Program-made: the position numbers and the translations under genes | Assembly (NCBI RefSeq): GCF_000181795.1 | Contig: NW_003526945.1 | Span: forward strand, 4,911,282 to 4,975,281 | From: Trichinella spiralis | Taxonomy: Eukaryota | Length of the DNA: 64,000 bases | Reading direction: 5' to 3' | Notes under the pieces: model-generated | Seen by the model: the letters and a program-made list of their open reading frames with translations, nothing else | Database searches by the model: none | What the model was told of the DNA's origin: nothing | Shown here: positions 11,841-26,800 of the stretch, piece by piece | Position numbering within the stretch: the stretch's first letter is position 1 | Layout: every line of letters begins with the position of its first letter

Positions 11841-13085
11841 GTTCAAACGTTCAAACCAAATGAAAACTCAACGCTACCCACATATGACATATAAAATACT
11901 GGCATACTGTATCGATCAGGTTCATTTGATTATTTTGAATTACGGTAATTTTAAAGAGTTTCTATTTCCAAAGTAGTTTATCAAATAGTCTGATACATGA
12001 ATTTAAAAATAAAGTGAAATAAAACTGTTGCAAAAAAATAATTAAAAATGCATTTTCTTCCTTTTAATGCATGGTTGATGTGAACTTGTAATTTATATTT
12101 TTTGAAAAACGGTTATTTGAAGTTAACTTAAAATTAATAGCTTAAAAATGAAAAATTTCATCTAAATATAAGTTCATAAACTAATAAACTGCATCGATCA
12201 TTATTTGAAAAACATATGCATAAAGATGGAGATAAATTGTTGGCTTTTTATACGAATTTGTATACTGTTTATCAGTTTGCCAATTGTTGAAATGATGTCA
12301 GTTGGAAATTGGCACAGCTTTACATCAAATGAATAGTTGAATGTTAAAAAATTCGCAATTTTTACTTTAGCTCACATAAAGTTGATGATTGAATCTGAAA
12401 AGAATTTGTACAAATGTTTCAAAATTTGGATTCAATAACTTGAACCAACAGTTATTTGTGGATTATTGAAATGATTTAGATATTATTCGAAAGCGACAAC
12501 TGTTCCAAGATTATAGACAAGCAGGAATTAAAGCAACAACTTCAGACAGAATTTTCACAGCCAACACAGCTGCATTTGTGTGATGTAAGTGAGTAAATTT
12601 GAGAATGAAGTGAAATAGAGAGAAATAACGAGAAAATCTGCGAGAAAAATTGCATTTAATAAATGCAATATGCATTTGAAGCCCACCTTCAAAGATTAGC
12701 AATGATCGTTTAACATGAACTTTATCAAAAACTGTTAAAATAATTACAACAATTTATGGATTTTATTTTTGGCAAACTTATGATCAGACTAAAAAGCATT
12801 CATGAACATAACTATGCCTAGATTGCAACTGATGCTGCATTTTCAAAAAAGACCTGTATTATACTCATGGTGGCAATTAGACGGAACAGACGAAATAGCT
12901 AGTGAATGAAGAACATAAATGTACGTTTTAAGAAGCGGTAAAATAGTGCATGCTATGTAAATTCAATTACAATAAATAAATAAAAAAATTATATTTTTTT
13001 ATATATGCATGCATGTCTGAATGTATGAATAGAATATGTTTGTTTGGTTGATTGAATGTATATACTTTGGAAATTTGAACACCGT

Positions 13086-16000
13086 TCACTGCATAACATG
13101 AATGTGACTACCGATGAAATCTGCCTTGTTCAGCGCTTTGTACTGACTTTGGGCGACGTTCATGGAACCGATCATAGGGTCGTGGAAGGCGGTATCGAGT
13201 GTAGGAAGCAAAACTGGTGCACGATTTGGAACAACCGGCGAAGGCACATCATTTACAGCTACCGTTGTGGAAGTTGGAGCGGGAAAGTGAAAATAGTTAT
13301 TTTGAACTTTGGCACTTTGTTGCTGAGCGTAATAAACACCGTCTTGAGTTTTCTTGCCATTGAAAAGGCAGTTCTCATCGTAGCCGAGACCGGATAAAAG
13401 TCGATTGCGTATAATTCTTAAACAATCAACAAATAGAAAGATAATATTCAAGCAAAAGGCATGCAAATAATTTTCACACCAGCACCAGTGCAGCAATAGC
13501 TGATAAGAAGGAAACGTGTTCATAATGGCTATAATTTATAGTGGAAATTTTTACAAGTAAAACCTTGCACTCGTTTATTTAATACTTCATAAAACACGCT
13601 CCACTTATTCAGCCTAGATTACAACGAAAAAATTATTGTTTTACGGTTGCCCACCATAAATAATAGCACTTCCATTAATCATTCTTTACGTTCAACAATG
13701 AAAAAATGGCAATTGCATAATATAATAAAATCTACATAATATTGAACATCATGAAAATATACAAACAAATGCCTACAGTAAGTGAAAAGTAGGCGTGATA
13801 ATTATTTTATGGTGTAGTTGCAAAATTTACTACAGCTGATAAAAACTGCCAATTGGATATTATATTAAAGTAAGATTGAAGTATGGATATTTTTGAAAAT
13901 ATCATAATTTAACTTTGAAATTATTATTTCAATAAAGAAAACTGAATAAAAACATCTGAATATAATTGATATGACTAATTGAATTATCATATACCTATTA
14001 ATTGAAGAAATACTGGGCACATTGTACTCGGTGCAAATGCCATCCGCGATAAGTCTCTCTCGTATTTCCCATGAAAACATGGACGGTCGGCAGCGCTTGT
14101 AAATATTGATGGCAGCAATAACTTCGGGAAGTGATTTCTTTGGTTTGGAACCGCCAATTTTACCGGGTTTTATAGAGCCTGTTTCACGCCACCTTCATTC
14201 AAAAGGAAAACAATGAATAAACATACTATACTAATTCAACAGTGCAACAACGTTAGCACTGGTCTGCGTAATTTATATATATACTTGGATAAAATTTTTG
14301 ATACGCAACCATGAGAGACTCGCAATTCTTTCGATATTCGACACGGCTTCACACCACGAATAGCCATTTCGACGATTTTTTGCCGAAGAGCAGCTGGTAA
14401 AGGACGTCCATTAGCATAAGTGCCGCCAAGTTGGTTTGTAGCAAGGCGAGCTGAAAAATCAAAACAACAACAAAGATACAAACACTATTTTCTCAGAGAT
14501 TTAAAAAATAAATGGCTTACTTGAAATACTATCTGCTTGGGATATTACTTTATCGAAATCTTTGTTTCTCACCAAAATTGGCGTACCACTAGCAGTTGGC
14601 TGATGAAAACGTTCGTACTCTTCTACTTTCTGAAAACAATTGATCTTCACAAATAGATAATTTGTCCAAAATTAAAAAAATGCAAAATATGACAGCTGCT
14701 GTCCATATTTCACATAATTCGAAATTGCTTATTGCATAATTCCTCATTGCAAATCTTGCTTTAGAAACACATACACATACACATACACATATTCATTGAT
14801 AAGAAAATACAAATAAAAGCATAAAAACATCTGCATAATTTTTTGACATGCAATTTGTAAAATGAAACACGTTTCGTCCAAAATTGGACTAGATGACGCG
14901 CATCAATCGTGGAAAGTAGAACCTTTTGGTTTTATCCAGATGACCTTAATTGCTCAATTTTACTCTCGTTCTGAATACTTTTCGTCTCTCTGTTCTACAT
15001 TTTCATTTTCTGCGCACTCAAAAGAGCTTGTCAAGTTAGTGCTGCTTTTGCTCGCGTCAACATTCCGTGCACAAAAGGCATGCACAGTGTTGAATGAAAA
15101 TATTAAAAACTCCAAACCTAAATTTACAACCACTGAATTTATATTACCTCCTCCACATCCTTCTTCTCCTCCTCTTTTCCATCTGAAATATACTTTCACT
15201 AGTTCAATTATTTGAAATGTACAATATTTTTTTAATTATTACATTTAAATGGTCTTTTGCTTTTGATTTGCTTTGCAAAATTTACATGCAATATTCCAAT
15301 AAGACTGAGAAATAAAACCTTCGCACTGCATGCCATATGCATATACACTACAGACATGCTTGATTGAATAAAAGAGTGCAATGATGAATAGCAATTACAA
15401 CAAACAATTCGTGCATGTTTCCGTACAACCTGAGAATTGCAGTTTAGTTTCAACCGTAAAATGTATATTTATTTTTATCAACTTATTAAATTTGCATAAT
15501 TAATAATTAGTAGTCAAGTTGAACAGATCTTCCAAAAAGATTTAAACAACTTTTGTTTTCTATTAAGAATTCAATCCATGACAGAATCTCCATTCAATAT
15601 AATTAAAAATCCTTGTTAAACATATTATATGCAAGATATATATAATAGAAATACAAAGTTCTACTGTATTAAGCAGTAGAATCGATGTGTTACTTTTTCT
15701 CTTCAATAAATCACGCTCAACAAATGAGTTAATATCATAAGAGTAGAACAGCTTCTTAAGAATTCCAATTGATTTTTTTTGTTTCCAACTTCAGAAATAG
15801 AACGCAAGCTAATTTTGAACTCATTTATTTGCACTTAGGAAATTGTTAAAGTTGCGCTTTTCTATTTTTATTCAGTTTTTTACTTATCAAATTCTATGAA
15901 GTTCCTCAATGACACCTATTTTCATGCAATTAACACGCTTGCTAGAATGGCCCAAATTTTTCTTCTTTTTAGCACCATCTATTAGTTTAGTATCAAATTG

Positions 16001-16953
16001 AAGATTATTTACTGTTTACTAGGCTAAAAATTATATCTAATTTTTAAATTACCAATTACGTCACATCTTCGGTGTCAATTTACTGCATGCAATGATAAGT
16101 TATGCGTGCAACAGCAAAAGCCCTTGCGTATCGAAGCAGCAACAGTGGGTTCAAATAATCTATTCAAAGCTTGAAATATTTGCATAATTGCGTTTAAAAA
16201 CTAACTGGACATAATTTTAACTGAAAATCCAAAATGATTCTACTTTATTCAAGTCCTTTGTCAATCAAGCTCATGCAAGCATACCTTATGTATACGACTT
16301 TATCGTCAACTGGGAAAATTTATATTTGAGAAATGTTGAGCTAAATTCCAAGCAATTAAAGTTGATTATTATACTAAAACTAATCGACAACCCTACGCTA
16401 TTGTTATCATACGTCAAAATTAAAAAGTTAACTGTAAAAGTTGTAAGTGAATTTGCTAATCTATGTTTTTACAACTATGATCATATATATGTGCTCATTG
16501 CTGTCAAAAAATTGCATAACACCGTCATATTTGTGTTATTTATATAAAAAGAGGAATTTTCTACAGATATGATATAAGTACAAAGAGAGAGATGATGATG
16601 ATGATACTTAGCTTAAATTTGCTGCTATTACAGGTGTTTACTTACTTATTCATGAAAATCACTGTCCTATTTGCAAATAATTATCTGGCTTCAAAACGTA
16701 AAACAATCATGCACCTTTATTGCTGAATAATAATAATTATTATTATTTCGAAAAAACTATCAGCAAAAAGCAGATGAACATGTGTGTGTGCGTATGTGTA
16801 CGGGTATGGGTGTATGGGTGTATGGGTATACTTATAGATATGCTCATTTGCTGCACAACTGATGCAAGCGAGTAGAACAAATCATATCCAACTTACCCTG
16901 AGCCATTCTTCGAACTTCTGCTCAAAGTCATCCGGATTCAACTGCTGTCCCAT
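13086..16953 (-). CDS. Paired-box (Pax) transcription factor, about 286 aa, paired domain only
   Basis: Exons 16953-16897, 14629-14521, 14450-14285, 14192-13995 and 13416-13086 join in frame. The paired domain is complete: [52 protein letters not shown]...[30 protein letters not shown]. No homeodomain or octapeptide is visible. Confidence 0.9.
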
Positions 16954-19900
16954 TGGATAAGGAAAAATTGCCGTCTTGTCCAGCGATACTGCGCAATTGT
17001 ATACGGATGGCTATGCGCATCCGAAGTTGGTGGTGAGCAAAAATGTGTGATCAACTAACTTCACGGCAACAGTTTGCCACTTGCACGTTCCGTCGAAAGT
17101 GACAATTAGCGAACTGTGCGTTTTTGCTTGCCTGCCTGCCTACTCCTGCAAGAGAGTATAGTAGCTACCGGGCGAAAGTGGATCTTTCTAGAACGTCCGT
17201 TGGAAATGGGTTAGTGTGGTGGCCCTGAGCGAAATCAAAATTGTGCTGTTTACCGGGGGTCGGTGAGCAGATGTAGTGAAAGTGATAGTGAAGAAAAAAA
17301 ATAATAAAGAATCGCCTTTCCACTTCTGGCCATATTTTAGCATCATTCTGTCAATTATCTGGGCTGTTTGCCCTTTGAAATGGACTCGTGTCGACAAGAC
17401 GTGCCGTCATTTCTGGATCCTTGCAGAAACGGTGCATATGACCTGAAAATTGACAATAACCATCTTGCCCAGTTTTACAATTAGGCTGCTATAGCCGGTA
17501 TTATGTGACACAAAAATTTAGGTCTATTACAAGCACACTCTCCACAAGGACCCGTTCTTATGCAACGGATAGCCCGGTATATAAATTAAGTGACAAACAA
17601 ACCGAAACTATTATTCAACAATTGATTTCAAATTTATCACTTCAAGATATTTTTCAATTTCAATCGACAAATGGATGCATCATATGTAGATGGAATTTCA
17701 TATTTTGACAACCAATAAGAGAACATATTCCTTTTTCAGATGTACATATTTTGTTGAACAACAACAGCATCAATGAAATGAAACAAATTTCACATTTTCA
17801 AAGAAATTATCTATTCCATCATGAATCATTACTACCAAACCAACCACTGCTACTACTAACCAGAGCCCGAGGCTTGAATAAGTTCTTGTTTAAAGCTTGC
17901 TGGCTAGTTGACAAACATGAATTATTTTTGGGCGAAAATTTACGACAAACTACGTCACAATTCTGTCATCGCGGAACCTTAATCGTGGATACAAACAGGA
18001 ATCCAATAAAAATTTGTCAAACTTTGTTGACCTGAAAATACAAATCGATCCGCCTCGCCCAGCGTGAACACTGCTTTAGGCTGTCCCTGTGACAACTGCA
18101 AGAAAACTGAGTTATTTATTTATCTGCAATCGTTGACATCTCTAATTATGCTTTTTAAATTAATAAGCTCTATATACATATATATATATATATATCTTTT
18201 TACGACACTGTGTATTAGTTTTCTAATGCAACAAACACAATTGTCAGCCCACTGCGACACTTCACCACAATCAGCTTGTCACATCACAGTCCATTTTACA
18301 AAGCATAAATAATAGAATATTTTTTACTACGAATGACGTCTCGGACGTGAATTCTATTTTTCAAATTCAAAAAAACTGTTATGATAAAATTTTAATTGTA
18401 AATTAATAAAATAGAAAAAAAAGACCAAGCTGCTGACCAAATATTAGCTAAAGTCATTTGTGACGTACATCAAAAAACCCTTGCAACTGCAGTGATTGAA
18501 AATGCACAAAAAAAGGCTACCAAACTATTAGGGGTTTTATTAAGATAGAATTGTGCAGACCAAAAAAAACACTGAATATAACTCAAATTGCATTTCATCC
18601 TTTTCAACCGCAAGGTAAAGTATTTATTAAAAAATTAGGTTATACTGTAACAACAGGCGGTATTATAATAGATGAATAAGAACGCAATTAAAAGAAATTC
18701 CAAGCGATTTTCTATTTTGTGAATTTATTGTTGTTATTTTTGTTATATTCGTTTGGAAAAAAGCGTGATGGAATGTTGTGAATAAATTTACCCCAATACG
18801 AGTAACTAGGCGCGGCTCATAAAATGCTAAATTGAAAATGTACATTTGTCATAACAAGCCGACAGATGAATGATACGGAAGGTCGTCCACGTCCGGCATG
18901 GAAACGCTATTTTCATTGCTCATCAATTTACAATGATCATAGAACGTTAGCGATATTGCATGCATAATTAATCGTTGGAAAAATGAACACTCATTTCACT
19001 GGGTTTTGTATGTCTATTTTTATGCATCTATACGTGAGAATGAGAACGTATGCAGTTTTTCAAGATGCTCACTGGCCAAGAAGCCTGGACACACCTAGCC
19101 TGCTTTTTTATTCCATTGAGCAATAAAAGTTGCAAAAAACTGAGTGAAGAAACGTTTTTTCAACAAATTACAAATTTAAATGATGCAATGCAATGACATC
19201 TATATACATATATGTAACAATTATAATTAGCAGTAAAGTTAACAGAAAGGATTGATAAAGTTAAATTCTGAATGATAACAGTAGATGAATATAAACAAAA
19301 TACAATTATTATTATTAATATTTAAGAAATTCATGCTTTGAATCATGACATCACCAGTCTGAGTAAGCTTTGCATGTACAAAAATAAATAAATATAATTT
19401 CTGGAAAAACCAAAAACAACAATTGGCATTATTTTTCAGCTACTTGTAAAGCAACTTAACAAAGAGAAAAAATAAATGAATTTCTGTTATTTTTATTGCT
19501 TCATAATTTTGAACAAATGTTGTAGTTTTCACTGAGCATCTGCATTTACATATGACAAACTGAAATTTTTAAGAATTGAAAATGTATATTTCATTCGACA
19601 TATTAGCTTATATTAAGAAAACATTGAGCAGTGCGCTTTTTGAGATTTTCAACTGAAGAGCAGTAAGCTGTTCTATTAGTGAAGATATTTACGTTTTATT
19701 TCAGTTGATATAACTGATAAGTAAAAATGCATTCATTTTGTGATTATAAATAACTAATTTTGGAAAACACTGAACAACTTCTACTAGCAAAAGAAGCAGG
19801 TTTTTATGTCATCACATTTCTGCTCTATTTTACGGTTGCAGTTTTTTCCATTGTTTTACAATTATCACCCATCTGTGTTTGAACATAGTGGAACAATTGC

Positions 19901-20764
19901 TAATTAAAAGCTTGGAATTGACAACCATGCCCAGCATGCATCCAAAAAATAATCATCACTTACCTGTCAAAATTCTCACACACTTCACACACCATTTCAA
20001 TTGATCACAGGATCATAATAATGAACGTGTAAATTTGCAGCACTTCAAGTTGAAATGTCGATTGTTGGGGTGTGATGTTCAAGTGAAGATGGGTCCACTT
20101 GGAAAAAACTGAAACGACAAAAAAAAAGATGCTAATATTATTGCTGTAATATGGAACATGTGCAAACCTTTTGCATTTATTGGACGCAGAGAAATTTTAC
20201 GATATTATTTACTGAAATGCAGCAGCAATGGATCAAAATTGCCCATCATATCCAGATTAAAGTACGGTTTGCTTCGATGCCAAACGAGCAATTTTCCAAT
20301 CAATCATCAACACAATAAATTATTCTAAATAAATGCAAAAGCAATCTTGTCCGGGATTAAAAAAGCCAGACAAGCGACTTTCAACAGATCATTATTCTGT
20401 GTAAATTTTAAATTACTTGTCTCTTCAGCCTAAAATCCATTGAAATTTGCTTTTTCGAGCTAAATTTTGTATACGGAAGCAAATTTTCTACAAAGAACAA
20501 CAATTTGTAAGTGAACATTTTAAACCTGACATTTAGCACAAACAAAATGCATAAAATAATAGAAAAAATGCACAACATGTAGAAATATATGATTAGTTGC
20601 ATCACGTGCCCTGTATACTAACTGATTAACGGTGAAATAAATATTAATGCAAAAATCACAGGCAAGAAAAGAAAAACGATCAGAAAAAGAATACACCAAA
20701 TGACGAGCAAAGCTAATTCGTAGGTTGGCAAGATAATGTATATATATATATATTCAAACTGTTT

Positions 20765-23700
20765 TCATTCAGATTTAGCTTTCGACGTCTTTCGCTTGTG
20801 CACCATTCGACAAACAAGCTGACCCAAAATGCCGCACGCTTGGTACGTATATTTCAGCAGATACCAAGTAATGCAGGTTAGCGCAAACAGGCAAGCCGAG
20901 AGGAAAGCAATCACATCGACCAGAAAATACTGCAACAGATTCAGCTCATCGGCCCCAGATCGAGCATGTGGAACCTGGAAATCTCATTCGAAATCAATTT
21001 TCAACATTTTCACTATTTTCTTTGCAATTTTTTTTCATTTGCAAGCATTTTGCAAGCCGAATGAAGAATTAAAATCGTCACCTAACCCATCCATACATTC
21101 TACTCGTGTTCCTCATCTTATTATTGAAAATCTTTCACAAAATTTCAGCACTGCTCCTAACAACTGCCATCTGCTAATAAAAAGTAATTCAATGTTCAAT
21201 CAGTACACCAAGCAATATAATTCCTTCTATATACTGTCACTTTACTGTTTTATGTATGGAAAGAACTGCTCTATTGAGAAATATATGTAAATGTATGAAG
21301 CTGATCTAAGAAATTTCAGACACATTTTTGCTTTGAAATTCAACTGAACTCATTTTATCTCTAACAATGATCGACATTTTCAATAATGTTATTTGCATAT
21401 GCTAATCTGCAGTCCAAATCGACATTAGAAAATATCAATTAGCTCTATAGCTATGAACTATCCCGTTATCTGAGGGCAGAAAAAAATAATTTCAACCAAA
21501 TTCCATTCACCAAGTTTCAAGTGGCCTGTCTAATTGATGGTAAAAACTAATAAACCGCTACGTAATGAGAAAGAAAGCTACTGTCTAGTTGGTAAATAAG
21601 AATTACTTTTATACAGCTTAATTGAATAAAAACGGGCAAATAAACGTAACTTGAAGAAAAAATTTTAATTGACTAATCCACCATATGCATAAAATGGACA
21701 AAAAAATGAAAATATTACCTCTTGATGATGAAAAATGAACTCCACCCAAAATGTTGCAAGTTCCAATTCTGTATATGGAACGTCGCGCAGCAAATTTTTG
21801 AAAGCCAACGCGTTTTCCTTGTACCTGAATGTGTAGAAAATCAATAAAATTTATGCAAATGACAGATGAGAAAAAGAATGGAAAATTTTACGTTTTATCT
21901 TTAGTCAAACGGTATATTTTTCCGCTGACTGATTCTTTAGTCAACGCTGATTTAGGAAGCATCAGACCGGCATTACGCGCCGTTATCCGCAAAACGTAAT
22001 CGCGATGTTCGCGGAACATTGGCACACCCAGAACTGGCACACCATGCCACATGCTTTCCAACAAGCTGTTCAAACCGCCGTGTGTAATGAAGCCACGACA
22101 TTTTGGATGGCCTGAAATAGATTTGAAAAAGAAAAATGCACAAAAAAATAATCATCGGTATCAACCAAATCACCAAGAAGATCTTGTTGGGGTACCCATG
22201 ATGATGTCATCACGTTTGGCGAAAGATCTTTAATTGGTTTCCCGTTGTACTGCCACACAATTCGATGAGGGAGAACTCTGAAAGCGTCAACAAAGGTCCT
22301 CTAAATTGCATAACAAAAAAAACAACTAATAATCGAATGGGATGAATAAAGTTGAACACCAATGAATTTACCAGTATTCGGTGTGGAGTGACATTCCATG
22401 GCACTGAAAATCCGGTAGTGAACAACAAAAACCCATTTTCATCGTCCGCTTCAGACACGAATTTTTCGAACAACTGAATAGGAAAAAGATATCAAACTGA
22501 ATGATTGGAACAAAGCAAAGAAAAATAATTCACATCAGGCAGCGGCTTTGGCAATCTGCATTGCAAACATCCGACGAACACAACCCGCGGCATAAAGGGC
22601 CGAGGAAAGTCGAAAAGCGCAGGCGTGTTAACAAAATTCAAACTAGCGTTACGTTCGATGTAAAAAGCTTCGGTTATATTTGGATAATGCTTCTGCAACA
22701 CTGAATCAACCGATTTCAGTACAATTCGATGGTGAATGAACAACGTTCTCAGGTATAATAAAAAATTGTGCGTTCGTTCTACAAAATTCATCACATCAGT
22801 ATAGTGGGTACCCAACACTGGAATATAGGATGGAGGACTGGGACTCTGATTGCTCCACGCAGTTTCTGTTCGCATCGTCGTCATCGACCAATAAATGAAA
22901 ACAGATTTGCGCAAAGCAACCAACAACAATCCACACGGGGCGTACAGATCATCCACTATTACCAAATCAAAATCTCTTTTCACCAGTTTCTGATAAATAA
23001 ACGATCATGTTTCATTTATATTTGAAAAATACTTCTTAACACTTATAAAATACATTCAATCTGATAAAGCAGTTCAAACCACCACCTCCCTTCCCTAAAA
23101 ACACATTAATTGCAATGTATTCAATTTCATTTGCTCTTCTGCTGTGCAATTTTGAACTTTTTTTTATCTTTTCAATATTAACAATGCAATAGAGTATTTA
23201 GAAAAGTGCTCAAACGAACACATGAAAATTCAATGATCACATTTAAACCTACAAATCATTAAAGATTACTGTCACATGATTATTTTGCAAACAACCGTAA
23301 ACAGGAAATGAGTGATAAATTGAAAATTTACAAATAACGTTCATAAATTTATTTGCTTCGAGATAATTTTCTTTTCATTAAATAAGTAATTTAAAAAATA
23401 CTTTAATAAATTAATATGTTTGTCAAAATCCCGAGAAGAACGAATACTGCTTACTTCAAAATCATCTTTTCGTGTTTGCAACGCGACATCACACATACGA
23501 GAGGTCATTGCCCAGTTGGCCGCCTTGCGAGCCGGCTCTGTAACGCGGTCACTCCACAGCGCCTGGTAAATGGACGCGTTGCTGTATAGGAGTAAATTTG
23601 TAATGTACGATTCTGGCACGTCGACTGACCAAGAAATATCTTCAATTCCCTTCGGTGTGATTAGATGGTCTTTTTTCAAATTTATACCCCAGAAAGTCAC

Positions 23701-23880
23701 CTGGTGACCACGACTGACCAACTCTTCGGCCAAATGATGCATGATCATCTTGTGACTGGGATAAATTGACGACGGTACAAACAGCACCTTGCCACCAATG
23801 CAGATATCGACAAGTATCAATTCAAATACGAACAACAGCAAATACTTTCCACAACAGTGCACATTTTCCAAAAATAACAT
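20765..23880 (-). CDS. UDP-glucuronosyl/glucosyltransferase (UGT, GT1 family)
   Basis: Signal peptide followed by [22 protein letters not shown], then [15 protein letters not shown] and DFPRP..P.VVFVG. The UGT signature [34 protein letters not shown] is present. The last exon (20974-20765) encodes a TM helix and the dilysine-like C-terminus KAKSE. Confidence 0.95.
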
Positions 23881-26800
23881 CTTCTTTTCAAAATAAAATA
23901 AAACAAATCCTATAAAATTTTATATCAGTTTCTATTTTACTTAAAAAAGTAAAAATCACAAACAATTCTAATTCCTATAATTGACAAATTTGCAAATGCA
24001 AAATTACAATTAAAGTTTTTCCTGTTTCAAGAAAAGCCTAAAGCATTTTAAAGACGGAAATTGCAAATGCGAAGTCTGATGGTTAACTGCAAAATATCTA
24101 AACTGAAGATGATATCAGTTCTTCCAAAGTCACCATATGTAGAGCAAACAAAGCACTACAAACAATCATATACTTACTATTGAATGTGACAATCTATTTT
24201 ATCTAATCTAATAGATGAGCAATGCTTCAAAGTGAATTAGTGTAAATTGAAAATGTTTCAACTTTTCCCATCAAGTCATCATTCAATCACTACTGCTACA
24301 ATTGAGATGCAAAATTTCACCATCAACAAGAGAAACAACATGGCAAATTAAGAACATTACTAAACAAGAATTTTAATTCCAGAGATTACAAAAACAACAT
24401 ACAGTGTTGGAACAATATTAATCAAATGAAATACCAATCAATCAACAAAAAATACTGCCATCATGCAAATTTTCTTCCAAACATGTATTTAAAAATGACC
24501 AACTGAAAATAAGCATCGGCTTTATACGAGAGAACTGTTCACAGAATTAAAGACCGGAATTATATAACAATATTTACCAGTTAGCAATTTGAAATGAAAT
24601 TAACAATTCCTGTTTTTACAAGCGCAAAAATGTTATATGAACTCTAAACTTTCACGCATTACTCTAAATGCCATTGACTTTTCCACACATGCAAAATATC
24701 CAATAAGACAATTACAATATTCCACAAAAAATATAAAATTATCCTATGATGTATAAAATAAAAGACATACCTAAACCAATGAACTGATGGAAATGACTTG
24801 TTTTTCATCAACTAATTGAAACTTTAAATCAAACAGCAAGCAGACAATAAGAGTTCAAATATTCCATTTTGGGGCATTAAGCTACATTCACAAACATGAA
24901 ATATTTCTTATTAGAATCACGAAACTGTTTCATTGGTAACAAAAACGATTCGAACTCTAGCATTGTTAAATTTAATTACAGATCATCGATTATAATTCTA
25001 ATTTAATGATGATGAGCAAAATCTTACAACCATCACAGCATTCGGTAATAACAGTGAAAATATGCATGAACATAATAAGAGCGCCCTTGAAATAGATACA
25101 TTTTGGAAAGGGTAGAAATTTTTCCTTGATGAAAATTAATTTTCCAAAAGACCTATAATTTGTTGAAAATTTTAACAATTTCAAAACGTTCCACTGAAAA
25201 TAGAAAACGTTTCAAAGTTGCTACAGGAAAACAAATATGTTGAATAAAAACCACTTTGAGAACTGGCACGTTGATCTTTACACCAAGCGTCTCTAGTTTA
25301 CATGAATAACGATAAGAAAAATCAACCCATCGCAAATACTCTTGTGCAAATATTTGACAAATGCTCTGAATGATATGAATTTCAAATTTTGGACAAACTT
25401 TTCCACACAAAGAAAAAACCGTTTTCAAAAATGTAAACGACCATGCGATAAACCGCATGTCTACATGTGACAAGACAGAAAGTGTTGGTCTGCTCAAAAT
25501 TTCCAAGTCGCCTTCAAAATTCATCGTACTTTTTCAAAACTTTTTAAAAACTCACAATAATTGTCATGCGAAATCAAAAAAAATGAATTACAAAAAATTT
25601 ATTTAAAATGTGAAAAAAATTTACACACCTGATAGGAGCAGAACTTGACCACTGCCCCTTGAAGGGAAAGGAAATTAAAGAAATAAATAAACAAAAAGGA
25701 AACAAATTCTTCACCGAGATGAAAATAAAATATTGACGCAAAAATTGCTATAAAAAAGGAAACACTGACATTTTTACCGTATTTGCTCGCAGTAGATTAT
25801 ACCTGCATTTCACAAGTTTTGCTCATGGAACATCCTTAATAAGTTTTGTCACAAATTAATGAAAAATTCCATTTATGAATGCAATAGTGCATTATATATA
25901 TTTATTTATTTCTCATTGCATAATTTACTTGGCGAATTATATATATATTTATCAATAAATTGTTAAATGTACTTGAAAATCATTTTACTGTGTAAATTAA
26001 CTTTTTTTAATTAATTTTGCATACGGAAAGTTTGTATTCGTGTAGCTTCTGAATGAAACATTACTTTTACAGGGTTTTATGTTTTCAAAAATTGATAACT
26101 TGAAAATATATTAAAATGTGCTCAATGTGCTGCTTTTGCAAAGTTCCAGCATATATTTTATTAGAAGAAAAATGAATGCAAAAATATAAGGATAGTTGTC
26201 AGTTAAAAACGTTTTATTTGTATTTTAATTAGAGAATGGTAAATATTAGCAGAATTCATAATTGACGACTTTAAAAGTTTGAAATTAATTTGATAAAAAA
26301 AACAGAGATGGAAAAAATGCTTAGAGAAATAGTAAAATATCATTGCAAGAAGCCTATTGCACTTTGATCTTATATTCAGTTTGCAACTTTATGTAAATTT
26401 TTTCATCGTTAACCGTTTATCAAGATAAGTGACAAGAAGCATACTAAAATGATAAATAAAATTGCAATGATCGCATTGCACATTTGAAACATTATTATTG
26501 ATGTGTTGAATAGATGAATATAAATGGCACTGAAAGTCACATGGGAGCATTGAAATTTCGAAACACTGCTCGAATATTTATTTATGTATCATGAAAAATT
26601 GTTTGCGAAGTTGAAATTGATAAATTTTACGTTACTTGATAAAAGACGAAGAGCATTATTTCATTTCCGTTTAACGTAATAAATACAAATATTTTATACT
26701 TTTTTTTTACAAAAGAAAAGTAATAAGTGACATACTTCCAAGTTAATTAAAGTAACATTTAAAGTATGCCACGTTTTTTGCAGTGGAGGTGTAAAATTGT

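Noticed and set aside
25153..25524. 123-aa minus-strand ORF upstream of the UGT
   Set aside because: No domain features or consistent splice partners. The UGT already has its own ATG and signal peptide at 23880.
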